DNA of 64,000 bases from Phallusia mammillata (taxonomy: Eukaryota): NCBI GenBank assembly GCA_965637545.1, contig OZ281500.1:4030001-4094000 (forward strand), written 5' to 3'. The position numbers were made by a program, and so were the translations under genes. The notes beneath the pieces were generated by a model, which saw only the letters and a program-made list of their open reading frames with translations, was not told the DNA's origin and did no database searches. The stretch's first letter is position 1, and each line of letters starts with the position of its first letter. Shown here one piece after another: positions 13,101 through 25,498 of this stretch.

Positions 13101-15560
13101 CACTAAATGCCGTGAGAATAAGGCTTTAGTCAACAACTGGGATTTTTTGTTACAACGTCTTGTACTGTGGTTGGAACTTTGTTAAAGAAGTTAAAAAACA
13201 TTTTTTGTAGACTATAGTCAATATGGAGAAAGTAACCAATTCGTGAACTTTTAAACCTAACTGTGACGTAAGACGTAACACAAATAGATTAATAAAGAAA
13301 GTTTTAAGCAACTTCGAAAATGTCACCTAAAAATCTTGCATTAAAAGAGTTATGATTTAAAGCTTCGTTTTAAAAATCTGTTTGAATTAATTTTATAAAC
13401 TGTGGCTGCCCAGTATAGTCTAGTTCCTCAGGCAAATGTACCATGCGTGCAGACGTTACTACGTCCCATTAAGGTCGCTATCTGTTTAAATGAGTGTCTA
13501 CAGGTAGGATATTAAACTTTCTCGTATTTGCATCCTTCAACAAGGATCCAAACACAACTGTGCTACACATACTGCCTTATACACCAAGACGCAAACTACA
13601 ATCTAACCATGACATACGGAAACCTTCACTTGAAATTATCCTTCTGGTCAATAATTGGGCATACGTGAAAGTGGCACGCGATTAAAGCCTTCGGTCTCCT
13701 TTTTCGTACATGGGCCCAGAGGCAAAATCAACGGCACGAGGTAAACAAGGAGAGCGGTCTTGGCTTTCGCGGGCGCCACAATTAAGATATCTCGGCAAGG
13801 TTTGGGCGCAAAAGCGATCATGTCCGGGAGCACGCCGAACGTGCTACCCCGATCTCACCGATAAAATCGCCAGCGTACACGGTACATACAAGGGGACTCC
13901 CCACACATAAGGCCGTTGAACTAGGGATAGGAACACTGAGGTGGCATAGGTTTTTTGTGTATTCCTGCTACCTCAAGGGTTAAGCAAATGTAACAATAAA
14001 AAAAAAGTTTAGGTGCCAAGCATTCTACAAATTAGGTACAAACTAAAAGGTGATAGATATTAAAGCCAGTTCATGCACTAATTATAAATACTGTTTTGGT
14101 AAACTTTGTCCATTTGTCAAGGTATTCCTACAGCAATAATTTAAACTCAACCTAAACCTGAATGAACCATAATCTGAGCGTTAAATGGAACTTCATTTTC
14201 ACGTATTAGTTTCCTCACAACGACAGATTATACAGGTCTAGCCATAAGCTGGGCGTTTGCCTTATATGCAAAAAAAAACAGTTCATAGTGAAGAGTCAGA
14301 AATGCATTTACATGGGGGAATAGCGACCCCGAAATGCTTTTAAACGGCTGATACACTTTAAAACCAGACAATCTCAATACTAATCTACGAGGAGCACGGT
14401 GCCGCAAAAGTTCACCGTTCGTTCTTCGCTTTTATAGTGTTTAGTAAACAACTGGTCCGCAGAACGAGACCATATTCTCCACACAGACAACTTTAAAGCA
14501 TACTCAGGCCCCACCCTTGCAGCGCTGTGCTACACTAATGGTCCCAAAGGTGGCAGCTAGCACGGACCGTTCTCATCTCAACTGAAATTTGTGTCTACGA
14601 TTGTGGGTAGGGATAAGGATGCAGGCTCAGAGGCATAACGGCGGCTTTGTGGTTGCATAACAGCGATAGATGATGAATGTCAACAGACGCAATTTCGTGT
14701 GGATGCCGCAAGCGCGCGTTTGTGATAAACCGCATTGAAATTGACGTCACATTTGCTTTGTTAGGACCAGATTGTTTTTATCTGTGGGTGGTCTATGGAA
14801 CACAACGACCTTTCGTGATGTAAGGGTGAATTTATTGGAAACAAACTTGCACCCAATATAGGCGCATTTTGTTTTTTCCCGAATGCTTTGGACTTAATGG
14901 TCTGTTCGATGATTAACAAGTAGATAAATTACATTTTGCCACACCCTTTAGTCCTCTAGCGCTACAAGTACCAGTCTGTTTTGCCTAAAATCCATCATGA
15001 GCGAGTTAAAATTTTTGTAAGAAACACATTTGCCTCAACCTTGCATTATAGACATACAAACAGAGTCTAAACAGAGAAACCTATAAACAGAGTCTTTGCC
15101 AAAAATTTGCAACCACTGGAAAAAACGTATGTCCACTAACGGTCGTTCGCTTCACTTATTTGTGGCTTATATAACAAATGAATCACGGTACACCCGCCAC
15201 TACAACTAGTGTTGGGTGATCTATTTTAAAACTCATTTACGTACTTACTGTATGAGCAAACAAATGCGAACTTTCTATGCACCGAAACAAAACCGAAAAA
15301 GATAGAATGCCTTTATCACACTGTCAAGAAACTTGCTTATAAATGACTCACCAATATATAGCAATGTGCGTCACGAAAATATTTAAGAAAGTTTAATCTT
15401 AAGTTTTCAAGGGGCGCGTAATACCAAACCAATGCAACATCGCTGACAAGGTTGTCAAATAACAAATATATCACCAACCACAAAGCAAAGTGCGATAATA
15501 CAACTTCAAAAATTACCCCAACTGGTAAGCAAATAATCGTTTATACATAAAATAAAATAC

Positions 15561-18500
15561 CTTTCGTTTTGAACTGGCCAGAATAGCAGGAAGAGATGTC
15601 CTTCTTCTGGCCATCATATTTGACCATTTGGTGGCGTCCTTTACGTTGTTGTTCTCTTTGATGACGTCAAGCGACGCTCGTCTTCTTACACGGGCAGGCT
15701 GTGGAAAACAAAATGTTAACATATCATATTGTATTATAGATAGCATAATACGTTGTTTCCGTGGGCCAAATCCGGTGACAGTGACGTCATCGGCTGTATT
15801 GGTGGTGAAATGAGCAAGCGCATTAAACTGCAGCTAAGCCCGGAAGTTGGTTACATATTTACCAAGCTGCTGAGCTATTACATATTGGAAAACACTTGTT
15901 TATTGCATTTTGCAGTAAATTGGTCTCATTATGAGTACAAACTTGGTCGTGTTTATAAAGGTTTTTATAAAAAACCTACGTCACCGAAGTTTTAATGGAT
16001 CGTATCGGTGCGGTACTATTTCACAAGAAAATTTAAACATTATTTTCAAAATTTCACATGGGTTCTTCGTAAGACTGACTAGTTTACTGATCATGACAAG
16101 AGCATTTGCCTTTACGTTTGAGATTAAAGCTTGTTACACTTATGACAATTATCCCAATACAAATAATATAAATTTTATGTAATTTTGTGTCTACACACTT
16201 TAATATTTGATACTTTTCGGTTGTATAAGCCTTGGTTTAACTCCTGAGAAAAACTGATTCCGATTCTAATGGTAAAACAAACCCCCCAAAACTTTTAAAG
16301 TAACAACTTAGGCAACATATTTACCATAAATGATAACTCCTCCTCGTCGCAAACATCTAATTTAAGCGTCACCACCATTTAATATCTAACTCAGTTCTTT
16401 TTAGTCTGCCTGTGTATTCCTAAACCTGCAGAGCTATGAGACAGAGTCGAAAGAACAAAGGCTTTTGTATGCCACGAGCAATTACACATGCGACATGCTA
16501 GCTGGGTACGTAAATGCACAGCGCATGAGGCTCTATAATGCGTTTATAGAAGGCAAAAGGCTGAAGAGAGGACATGAAAATCAGTGAGTCAACGAGAGGA
16601 AGTGTCAGCATTGGTAGCTCGCCAAAAGAGCAGCCTGATGTGACAGTTGTGACGTCAACGATGCGTTAACTGACAGTCACAGGATTCCATTTGTTGTGGA
16701 GCATAGGGAGCGGGAACCGAGGCGCTTGGCTGGCTAAAATTTCTCCGAATCGCGGCGGATTTTGCATGTGTTTGCATCAGCGAAGACAGGAACACCGCAT
16801 GCAGTCCGTTGTGGCTTAGAGCAATAAACACGACGACCCCGCAGAGCACCGCAAAATATGTTTGGTGACAATGCAATAAAACCTAAAAGAGGTGTCTATT
16901 GACGTACAGCCCGTATCCCAATTCTAGTTGTAGGCCTTTAAAGCGTGTCCTTGTGATTTCGCTAATTATAACAATGGCAACTTTATATAGCATGGTGATT
17001 GGTAACTTAATTTCAGAGGGCTTGTATACAATAAATAGATTTTTCTGCAAACATTTTAACCGCTGCTGTTTTGTCATGTAAAAACATAAGAAACGTCGAA
17101 ACGACAGAGGTACCGACACAATAGGTGTCTCGTTCATTGATTAGGCTACTTCCAAATACTTACTTTGACATTTATAGAATTTTTAACAACGCTACTAACA
17201 GTTTTTAAACAAACGCAGTATATAAATCTTCTGTTACTGTTGAAAGACAAATTTTAGAACAATTTGTGGAGGACATTGAACGTTGCAAAACTATTTTTAT
17301 CCCTGAACAATTGTGATTGGAATACGACACAGGCAAAATTTGCATATTTTTGAGTACTAAATGAATGCCAAACGATTAAGAAGAGTTCATTTTTTCAAGC
17401 AACTATTATATTACGCATACGACCTGCCTTTGTCCTCAATTTTAATGCTTAACAATTTTCAATAGAAATCTTTAAAAAAAATCAAAATAAACAATTTGTC
17501 ATTAAAGCTTTTTTTACGAATTGACAGCAGAACAATTTGCATTTAGTGCGAAAATATACAATTTCATCAAAAGACTTTTGTTAGGTAACAAAGACAAGCT
17601 TTAATGATACTAAAACAAAAAAATAATCTATGAACAAGTTATAACTTATAACATTGCAGTTTAAGCAAGTGTACAGAATATGTTTCACCAAACAAGCAAT
17701 AAAAACTCAAAACTGACAGATATTTGTCTGCAAAATTTTTTAAACCTCAGCGACTCAGCAACTCAACAAAATTCGAATAAAAATGCCACTGTTCCTTTTC
17801 AACCCAGCTTTCCACAAAAAATGATTATTAAATACATTATAACACAGGAATGTGATAAAAACATCCTTTAGGAAATGGTTTAGCTTCCGGTTGAGCAGTG
17901 GATTACCTCAGTAAAACTACAGGTCAACAAAACGATGAGCAGACGGACTTAGATGTTTTGATTGATTGTTTCATGACGGTAGCAGCACAGTGAGGCCATG
18001 ACACATTGCATGTCCTGATTATAACGTGATCTTAACATAGTTGTGCTGCTTAGTAAAGGGAAGTTGTAAAAGAGCTAGGGTTTACTCCTGTTGTTTGTTG
18101 CCAACAAACTGTGAAAGACTACGTAAAATTTAGCAATGGTGTTCTGAACATAGCTAACAATGGCCAACACAAAATTGGAACAATACTATGCAAATATACA
18201 TATGTGTGTTTAACCTGGCAAAAACCTCTTGATTTTTGATTCATGTTAATAAAAGCTTAAGTTTAAAAGCAAACAAAGAGTATAATGCTACTTCAAGTAG
18301 CACTTAAGGGTTCAAGTCATTAAAATCGGATTAGAGAAACTTTTTATTGTGGACAAAAGCTACATCAATCAGCACCATAATATGGACTTAATAACTAAGG
18401 GAAGATTCACAATATTAATCAATGATTCTGTCACACACAAAAATGTTCTCCATTCTTAGTAAGTTTGTAACAAAGCGGTGAACATCAATGTCCATTGAAG

Positions 18501-21500
18501 GGTCTGATACTGTTTAGTTTATTCCCTCTCAGTTCATAGACTTAAAAAGCTTCATTTATTTGCCGAAGTTTTGACACTACTAAATTCGTTGTATTGTATT
18601 TGCACAGTCAAGTCAGGACTTCAATTGCTGTACGTTAGTATGTTTGTAGTTTACAGTTGACTAATGAATAAGGGATGTCCTAATGGACTGATTAATTGTT
18701 TACCAAGTCATTACCATTTGCAACAAACACTTGCTTGAAAACCTGTCTAATTATAGATGCTCTTTTCAGTTTTCTTACCTTGTTTTTAAAACCTAAAATC
18801 CACAAATTTATATCTGCCCATTATTGTTCTTGAACTACTATGCCAAATTCACCTTTGTGCTGTTCTGAAGGTGTAACAGCATGCTCTAAATATAATTTGT
18901 CTTCTTAAACTGCACATATGCGTAAAGGGTTTTCAGCTACTGATTAAATGGTTCAACTTTTTAAATGCGGAAGCATAACTTAGAATATAAATTGGATTCT
19001 TGTAGAATATGGTTCATAAAAAGGCCTATAACTGTCTTTAAACTTTTATAGGGGTTCCTGACCCAAAACAACATTGTACTGACCATGTACAATTGTTCTT
19101 GGTTAGTCAACTAAATAAATGAAGGTAATTTACTCACCCTAGGCATGGTGCCAATATTGGTGTGAGTTTTATACACATTGGCAGTTTGCTTCTTCATTAG
19201 CACAACACAAGGCATAAAAGAATCGGAGGTGAGCGCAAGATCAGAAAGTGACCTCCGAATCGTTCGCTTTGGTGGCTTGGCCATGAAATTTGTCTGCAAA
19301 CACAAAGCAAGTGAATGACTCTGTGACCAAGAGCTTTTACAATGCCATCAAAGGCCTGTCATAAAATTAACAACCCTCTTTGATTGCTTGGCTTTTAAGT
19401 GATGAAATAGAGTTTTCCAGTAACAACTCTTAATAAATTATTTTTAATACTGTTAAGAAAAAGTTAAAATTTAAGTCAATACTCATTGCTAATAGAAAAC
19501 ATTCCTGAACCTAACAAGCATGACACTATTACCACTATCAACAATTATAAAAATAAGAAAAAAATCATGAATTTACATGATATTGACTTTTTAAATGGTC
19601 AGGTAATGTTTCAAAAAGTTCCTAAAATTCTAGTTTAAAAAGTATAGTTTATCCTAATATTTATCCTTATATTTGAAAAGATTAAAATTTATCCGTAATT
19701 GAAAATGTTTTGGAAGAAAACACTGTTTTTTGAATTAATCTTTGGTGTTTTGAGGGCGAGGCCACAGTGGCATATGTTCAATCAGCCAGGCACAATACAA
19801 ATACGCAATGTTTGCACTAACCCATGCCTCGGCCATCCAGAAATTTACTCTGTCACCAATGTGTGCAAATATAATGGCAATACATCAAGTGGCTTATATG
19901 ATGAATGTGGTGCCTTTGGAATGTGTGTGAACAAATTCACTCAAAAGAATTCATAAAAATTGTGCACACTAGTTAGCATAAGATAAATGAAATTTTCTTT
20001 TCTTTAAAACAAAAATCATGCAACATTTAAAAACAGATTTGAAATATATAGTTGTTTAGTTACACGCCAAAACTGTAAATTTGCAGCAAGATTAACACAA
20101 TTTAATCATTCACAACCTAATTTCCATGCTTTTCTATAAATAATGGAAAAATAGTTAAACAATTCATTTTTCTTTTTTGGGATGAACATATATATAAGTC
20201 TTTTACTCGGCACCTTAGTTGTTACAGACCACTTTTTGGTCAATGCACATTTCTGGAACAGGTTTTTAGGTGAAAAAACTATGAGTCACAGAAAAAAAAC
20301 GAGCTAAGTGCCACAGTATATGTTTATAGGTACACAAACAAAAAGACTGCATCATCTAAACGACTAAAGTCATAAGAATGTGAATATGTCGGAGGCAAAT
20401 ACATTTGCCAGAAGAGCTCTATAAACTTGACATTATGCCTGGCAGCAATAGCTTAAATATATTTGAGTTACTACTAAAAAGTAAGGTATTTTGATGATGG
20501 TTTCAGCTACAAATAACAAAATGCATATAGCTTAACTAATCAGCATTAAGCAGGAAGCACATAAGTTTTGTAATTTGAGTTAAATCAGCAACATATTTCA
20601 GTGTCATTTATTTGTTTATGGAATACGTTTAACTAGTATTTTGTTTGGCATCACACCAGTCGAACGACAAATTTGTTCAATCCGTTTGTTTGTACTTCAT
20701 TTATTAACTTACAAAAGAGACAAAAACAGTTGGAAATCTCACTTGCTTCTCAGGACAAGATACTTGACCAAATGTTGCACAAGCTGATATATGTACATAG
20801 CACATAAATGGTAATACCTTTGCAGTGAATTCATCTTGTGGTGCAATGTGGTGCATTGGCGCAGGTAAGTTGTGATCAGGATCAGAGCAAGCATGAAAAT
20901 CTCCTAAGCAATACAATAACATACTTTACATTGGTGTACCGATTGTTTTTAATAGTGTTGAGTTATTTTCACTTGAAAATAAATTGTGGTGACATATTGC
21001 ACTAGAAGTTAGGAAAAAGCTGTGTAATGTTAGGATTTGTACAACACAAAAATGAGGTGATAATTGATAAATTATGAATTGTGCTTAGACTGCATCACAG
21101 CATAAACTGGCACACAAGCTTTTGCACATTCATATGGTAAACATTAGGATTTGTTACGCAATTACATTTGCTTCTATTGATTCTTTTTCTGGGCCTTTAT
21201 TCTAACTTCAGTAAAGAGTATCAGTAGTAAACTTACACAACTAATTAAGTTTCTCATTTTTTGACAAAACTTAAGCCCCGTTGCAAACTATTTGTATCTA
21301 GCATCGCATTATCAGAATAAAAGGTTTCTGGAGTAGCATAAAAAAGTTTACTCGCATTTCATGACATATATATTTTTTTAACCATTTATTAGGGTTTTAC
21401 ATATTAGCCAAATATTCGGACGTTTAAGAGATGATTTGGAAAAAGTACCAAACATGGGCACCCGGATATATTTTAAAACCAAAATTGGCATGGCGGTGTG

Positions 21501-22794
21501 TTCGAGTTGGACACCCCTGGTATAGAAAGATAAATGGGGATGAGACCAATCACAGAAGCCCCAACACATGATTGGGTGATAGGAAGGGGTTTAACAGAAA
21601 CATTGGTTAACACTTTATTGAATAGTAAATTCTGTCAAACACACAATACAAATCTTTTGCTGTGAACTTGCCTATGGTTTGAATGGTTCTTTGGACGGAT
21701 GCTTTGGGTGAAGTACTTCTTGAAAATCGAACTCCCAAACACATGAAGAAACAAACAAGCCATGTAGAGAGCAACCTACAAAAATTCAAACAAATAGTAC
21801 AGATAAATGATATTTGCAAAAAGTGTAGCTTAGATTAACACACCAAACCAACCTTTTTGTGCTTTTACAGTCATTTAAAAGAATCCCTAATGAATATGCA
21901 GGGAGATTCAATTTGTTTGGAAATAAAAATATAAACCTTTCAGATCAATTTTAAAAAAATGAAAACAGTGTCTTCACATAGTAACTAGATTTAATATGTA
22001 AACTCAAATAGCAATGATTCAAGAAATACATACCACACCTACCTTTCAATAATAAAATTGTAAGCTTTGTCACGCAGAAGAGACGGTAGAAGAAAAAAAG
22101 CAAAACACCTTGACATGACGATGGAAAAGACAAAAATAATGGAGCTGAGTAGACATCTTGGCCAGCGGGAGTAACAGTGCTTGGTCAAAATAACTGATAT
22201 AGGGAATGTAGTGAAAGCACAAAGCGCCAGCGTGCAAAGAAATGAAGGCAAATAGTGTTTGTGTAAAATAATGCCATGACTGTAGGAAAAACAGTCCACT
22301 GAAGAGCTGGACGCATTGCAGCACGATGGAAAAGTTGCTTCCGATTGCGAGTGTAATCCCAACCATACAATACCAAAATTTTCCAGCATACAGGAGATCA
22401 ACAACAGATAAATGAGAAACATATTATTAAAACCACTGAAATCTTGCTTGTCAGATGTAGAATGGTGACAATCAATGCTTTCTTTCTCTGTCTCTTGCTT
22501 TTTCACAGTTTCACTGATGTTATTCGCTGTAGCGATCGGCACCTTGCGCTGTCGTAAATGCATGCACCCGGCGTTCATATGCGAACTCGTAATGTTGTTT
22601 TCAAAATACTCCTTTTGTGGGACCAAATACACAGTTTCTTGTGATTGCCGAGAACAGCGACATGCTGTCGTGTTCTGGGTGAGGTATATTTTGAAGAGCG
22701 ATTTGGACATAATGGATGCTGTGTTTGTGATGAGACACACACCACCCATGAGCACAGTAAAGCACATCCCGTACTCCACAGCCACATCCCACAT
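15561..22794 (-). CDS. PDE3: PDE3-like (cGMP-inhibited cAMP phosphodiesterase) N-terminal membrane and regulatory region; partial, gene continues left of 15561
   Basis: Exons 22794-22043, 21775-21672, 20903-20743, 19293-19138 and 15698-15561 join in frame (phases 2,1,0,0). Intron 2 needs a GC donor (AG|GCAAGT). The product has several hydrophobic segments followed by RRSLS, RVRRRASL and RRRTSLPAI, mirroring the vertebrate PDE3A layout of TM region, RRRRSS and RRTSLPCI. The catalytic HD domain is not in the window, so the identity is inferred. Confidence 0.58.
15782..15847 (-). promoter_or_regulatory. CRE + CCAAT + ETS cluster just upstream of PDE3-like exon 5
   Basis: TGACGTCA at 15782-15789, ATTGG at 15798-15802 and CCGGAAGT at 15840-15847, all within 150 bp of the exon 5 acceptor at 15699. 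Confidence 0.4.
21108..21519 (+). mobile_element. 5'-truncated copy of the hAT MITE at 31615-32110
   Basis: Colinear similarity to 31672-32110, from tggcacacaagcttttgcacatt to ggcggtgtgttcgagttggacacccctg. The left TIR is absent. Confidence 0.8.
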
Positions 22795-23993
22795 GATCAG
22801 AGCTATTGTCAGCCTGCGTGCATCTTCAAGTCAGTGATTACTCAAAATTAAAATGCAACAGAATTGAAAACTAAATTTTAAAGCATTGTCCTGCACAGCA
22901 ATTCGCACACTTTGTAAGACAGGCTATAGACTACAGTTTTTTAGACAATATGTTTTAGCAGACATACCAAATAATATTTTTGGATGGTATAACTCTATAC
23001 ATTTATCTGCATGAAAAGTATAAAAAAACTTTTCTAGCTCATCATTTAAAGCATTTTGTTCTAAACAAACATATAAAAACACAACATACAATAATTAAAA
23101 TTTGTGTTTTATTTCTAATTTCCACCCATCACACTCAGCTAACTAAACCTTAACACAAAAAATAAAGCTAGCTCATTCTTGAAAGCTTTATATGTCTTGT
23201 AGCTGCTGTAAATGCCACAAAAAATGTTGGGTTGTTTTTGGAAAGCCAAATGAGCAAAAAATGAGACCTTTTATTTTACAGCATACAACTTTATTTCCTC
23301 TTTTCCAAACCATTTTATTGAGTGGTACCAACTTTAATATAAATTATGTTGTCATTATGCTAATTTAAATAATGTGCTTGGTAGACTGAACTTACAAAAC
23401 TGCACAAAAAACTTTAAAGCAAAAACACAATATTAAACTAATGCAGTTAGGCAAGTATATGCCTTTAACATCAACAAAACAGTAAATATATCAGACTAGC
23501 AATCAACCCAATGCATTTATGCTGCAGTGACACTTACATACCAGCGGAAGTGTGTGACAGCTACACAGCCGTAAGTCTGAACCAGCGCGATGTTAACTAA
23601 GATATATAAACCTCAATGTTTGCACACCACACCATCAAACTGACAGGCGATCAGGCATTTAAATCGACACACCCTTTATCGACAAGCAACCAGAAGTTCC
23701 GATAAAAATGTAGATTGTAGCGCAAAACAAAACATAGACGTATCCGTCTGTTAGCACTTCGTATATAAACCGGCATATTGGTTCTTTGCAAAACAGTAAG
23801 TACCAAACACCGCGACTTGAATTATAACAAGATTTACAGTCATGTTTGACCTTTGCCTAGCGTCAGTACTTAAATGGACGACATAAGTCTTAAACAAACA
23901 GGCCCTGCAAAGCAACTGGCAACCTGGCAACCACTTCCATCGTATTAAGTTGTTGCCTTGAACAAAATTTTCACCGTCTTGCAACATTCTCTC

Positions 23994-24003
23994 GCGCATG
24001 CGC
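23994..24003. promoter_or_regulatory. NRF1-like palindrome in the probable promoter of the PDE3-like gene
   Basis: GCGCATGCGC lies about 1.2 kb upstream of the ATG at 22794, between the CPT1 stop and the PDE3-like start. Confidence 0.35.
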
Positions 24004-25498
24004 ACAAGACTGATCTGTCACAAACAGTCCGTGTCGTTCCAGTGCCCAAAACCGAATTTAAGGTATATGTTGACAATCCGTGGTAAAAACAGATTCATTC
24101 AGTTCGAATTTTGAACTTAATTTTTATGTTGTGTTATATCAACAATCAATAGACTAAAAATTTACTTACTGACAGTGATTCTTCGTAGGCTACCCACAAA
24201 TAAGTTTACATTAGTTCATTTGTTCAGTAACGAAGTCATAGGGATACAAAATAAGTATTAAAATTAGACCTAATGCAACATAGACTGCTTTAAAAGCTTG
24301 GGTAGCATTATTTGACCGCCCATATTTAGTAGGGCCTAGGCAACAGCCCAGTTTGAAAACTCGCTGAAAAACATAATCTCCATGAAATCAACTTTAAGTG
24401 GATACGTTTCCAGATTTTTTGACTTTATTGAGCATTAAACCAAACCTGGTTACCAACCGAGTTCTCAAAAACTTTAATTAGAGCGCCGTGTGACCGAATT
24501 GCATGTACTTCAATCCTTTTTCAGACTTGATACAACTTGACATGAGCCCTACATTCTTTATCAAACACATCGACATAACATGTATTTTTAATCTTATCCA
24601 CGCAAAAACACACTTAAACCGAAACAAGGTCACACAAGATAGAAAAAAACTTGGCGCATTATGTGCTATTGACTAAGTTGCATTTGAAGAGTGGCAAGAC
24701 CGCGTCAAAAATTCAGCAATCTGGCAGCAATAACCGAGGTTGATACTTTAGTCTTAGATTCTTGGCAGAAAGGTTGTGTGATGCGATAAATTAAAAGTCA
24801 TTTATACCCTCAGAGGACAAACATCGCAAAACATGACAAATACAAATGGATATCAAAAACACACACAAATATATATTTACCAAATCTCACCACATAAAAC
24901 CAAGCTTTATGTAAGTAGCCTATTGTGTAGGGTGCAAATATAAATTTGCGCTACGAGAATCAGTTTGCGAACGCACTATAAGTGAAAAAGGTGCCTTTGG
25001 TGTTTGTGAACAAGCACCACAAACACTACTAAGCAATCTAAGCCAAAGATGAAAAATGCGCGAAAACTTGTGTTTGCTGGAGGCATGGTGTGGATAATTT
25101 ACCGCTAGCAATTGTGACCACTGAGATAAGTTTTTCACTAATACGTTGTGGGGCTTTGTGTTTTTATGGAGTACAGCAGTACAGGTGTATCACGGAAATA
25201 CATTGACCAATTCCAATCAGTTTCTGTAGTTGGAAAATGGCTGTAATCAATATGACGTGCAAAATCATATAGTAACCGCTAAGCACAATAAATAAACGAT
25301 TTAAACATCTCAATTGTTTTTTATACGTAGCTAAGATGCTTGCGCCACAACACTTTGAAAAGCCTATGGGGGAGCAAAATACCCCCCGAAAAAAATAATG
25401 AACAAACGAACGACGACAAAAACAGCAAACAAAAACAGGAACAAATGCCTAAAAATATCGTTAAAACAGCCAATATCTTGATACAAACAACCGATTAA

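Noticed and set aside
10890-13910. ORFs of 60-130 aa at 10890, 12012, 13648 and 13710
   Set aside because: Cys/Arg/Pro-rich compositions typical of non-coding frames, with no phase-compatible splice pairs.
16425-16470. CTATGA-GAC-AGA-GTC-GAAA hammerhead-like string
   Set aside because: The core lacks a base and no stem I can form.
20743-20903. Second open, hydrophobic reading frame in PDE3-like exon 3 (EIFMLALILITTY...)
   Set aside because: It ends in phase 2, which puts exon 4 into a frame with a stop. Only the DFHACS frame splices through.
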